From sequence record KJ101592.1: a DNA stretch of 24,000 nt, one strand, 5' to 3'. Under the pieces are notes generated by a model. The model saw only the letters and a program-made list of their open reading frames with translations, had not been told where the DNA came from and searched no databases. Made by a program: the position numbers and the translations under genes. Positions 23,115 through 24,000 of this stretch are shown here, piece by piece (the stretch's first letter is position 1; each line of letters starts with the position of its first letter). Origin of the DNA: Enterobacter phage PG7.

Positions 23115-23188
23115 TGGCAGGCCCCGTAGGAATCGAACCCACGTCACTGAGGTTGGAGCTCAGGATAATACCACTATACGAGAGACCT
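23115..23188 (-). tRNA. tRNA-Trp(CCA)
   Basis: CTGAG-CTCCAAC-CTCAG, A1:U72, G73, CCA encoded. Confidence 0.9.
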
Positions 23189-23192
23189 AAAA

Positions 23193-23284
23193 TGGAGGAA
23201 GCGGTGGGATTCGAACCCACGGACCGTATCACTACGGCCTCCGGTTTTCAAGACCGGTGTAATAAGCCGCTCTACCACGCTTCC
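23193..23284 (-). tRNA. tRNA-Ser(TGA)
   Basis: Class II, CCGGT-CTTGAAA-ACCGG, U73 (T CCA). Confidence 0.93.
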
Positions 23285-23288
23285 GAAT

Positions 23289-23364
23289 TGGGGTGACCGA
23301 TGGGAGTTGAACCCATGGCTACGAGAATCACAATCTCGAGTTCTACCAACTGAACTACGGCCAC
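23289..23364 (-). tRNA. tRNA-His(GTG)
   Basis: CGAGA-TTGTGAT-TCTCG, C73. Confidence 0.93.
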
Positions 23365-23384
23365 ATCAATATTCACTCCAGCAA

Positions 23385-23575
23385 TCATGATGCCTTCACA
23401 CGAAATTGAGAGAAGAGTGATCAGTTCAACCCTTGTAGACGCGTCAAGTAAATATTGATGTGACAGCTTATTTAAGAAGAGTGAGAGTCCCAGTCTTGTA
23501 CGGAGTAACCATTTATGCATTGGCAGCTATCGCGCGATTCGCACTTCCGATAAATGGACTTACCGTTACACTCTA
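23385..23575 (-). ncRNA. Possible structured RNA in the tRNA cluster gap
   Basis: No tRNA; minus CCATTTAT (23557-23550) pairs with ATAAATGG (23516-23509); inner GC-rich segment. Confidence 0.3.
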
Positions 23576-23578
23576 ATT

Positions 23579-23654
23579 TGGCTGGGGTACCTGGACTCGA
23601 ACCAGGGAATCGTAGAATCAAAATCTACTGCCTTACCAACTTGGCTATACCCCA
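23579..23654 (-). tRNA. tRNA-Gln(TTG)
   Basis: TGGGGTA...GTAGA-TTTTGAT-TCTAC...TACCCCA G CCA. Confidence 0.95.
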
Positions 23655-23660
23655 ATTATT

Positions 23661-23737
23661 TGGAGGCGGGTGATGGACTCGAACCATCGCGTAACGGGAT
23701 ATGAACCCGTCATTCTACCAACTGAAGTTAACCCGCA
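23661..23737 (-). tRNA. tRNA(CAT), Met, atypical
   Basis: TGCGGGT...ACGGG-TTCATAT-CCCGT...ACCCGCC T CCA; 1:72 mismatch. Confidence 0.75.
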
Positions 23738-23747
23738 TCTATCCGGA

Positions 23748-23882
23748 TTCTTGAAGTACTAACAAGTAGCTTGATGTAGAACACGCTAAAGATATAATCT
23801 TCCGAATATAGAGCTTATCCCGTGGGAACAAACAGCTTCGTCCTCGGCATTATCTTATAGGACTCAAACTCATCTTCAAGAA
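23748..23882 (-). ncRNA. Possible stable RNA, about 135 nt
   Basis: Minus TTCTTGAAG (23882-23874) pairs perfectly with CTTCAAGAA (23756-23748), enclosing a tRNA-free gap. Confidence 0.35.
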
Positions 23883-23894
23883 CTGCCTCGTATT

Positions 23895-23970
23895 TGGCGG
23901 ACCTAACGGGATTCGAACCCGTGACTCTCGCGTGACAGGCGAGTATTTTCACCGCTGAAACTATAGGTCC
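23895..23970 (-). tRNA. tRNA-Asp(GTC)
   Basis: CTCGC-CTGTCAC-GCGAG, G73, CCA encoded. Confidence 0.95.
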
Positions 23971-24000
23971 AAATTTACTTTCGTGAGTATGGGATTACCC

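Noticed and set aside
23114-23296. Plus-strand ORF of 60 aa
   Set aside because: Same tRNA-antisense artefact (VGIEPTSL, VGFEPTD).
23272-23520. Minus ORF of 82 aa
   Set aside because: Overlaps tRNA-His entirely; the C-terminus is translated tRNA sequence.
19228-24000. tRNA cluster considered as a CRISPR or direct-repeat array
   Set aside because: The recurring GATTCGAACC/GGTTCGAATCC units are T-arm sequences of individually folding tRNAs, not spaced identical repeats.

Overview
The window is a minus-strand segment of a T4-like (Tevenvirinae-type) phage genome. Anchor genes recognised by reading the proteins are rI, tk, a Tk.4-type macro domain, a Vs.1-like muramidase-fold protein, regB, vs.4/acb2 (anti-CBASS sponge), a YfiD/GrcA-type glycyl-radical protein, denV, lysozyme e and nudE. 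Many small unknown genes and a tRNA/stable-RNA cluster (about 19.2-24.0 kb, minus strand) accompany them. Most interesting observations: (1) a GC-rich, highly structured, apparently non-coding RNA candidate at about 18781-19010; (2) at least two non-canonical tRNA-like genes with very long variable regions and no encoded CCA (19567-19691 and 22972-23063), plus two further structured gaps in the cluster; (3) a GCA-anticodon (Cys) tRNA with a class-II (Ser/Leu-like) body; (4) a run of four small membrane proteins (12430-13841) sharing a C-terminal FIxxxR-like tail; (5) several potential counter-defence or NAD/ADP-ribose genes (Acb2, macro domain, NADAR-like, Nudix); (6) two genes that look frameshifted; (7) an early/late promoter and hairpin switch at lysozyme e; (8) two proteins with capsid-targeting-sequence-like N-termini; (9) a PspA-like coiled-coil protein; (10) a CDS that ends inside a tRNA gene. 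All family calls are made by eye; no database search was run.
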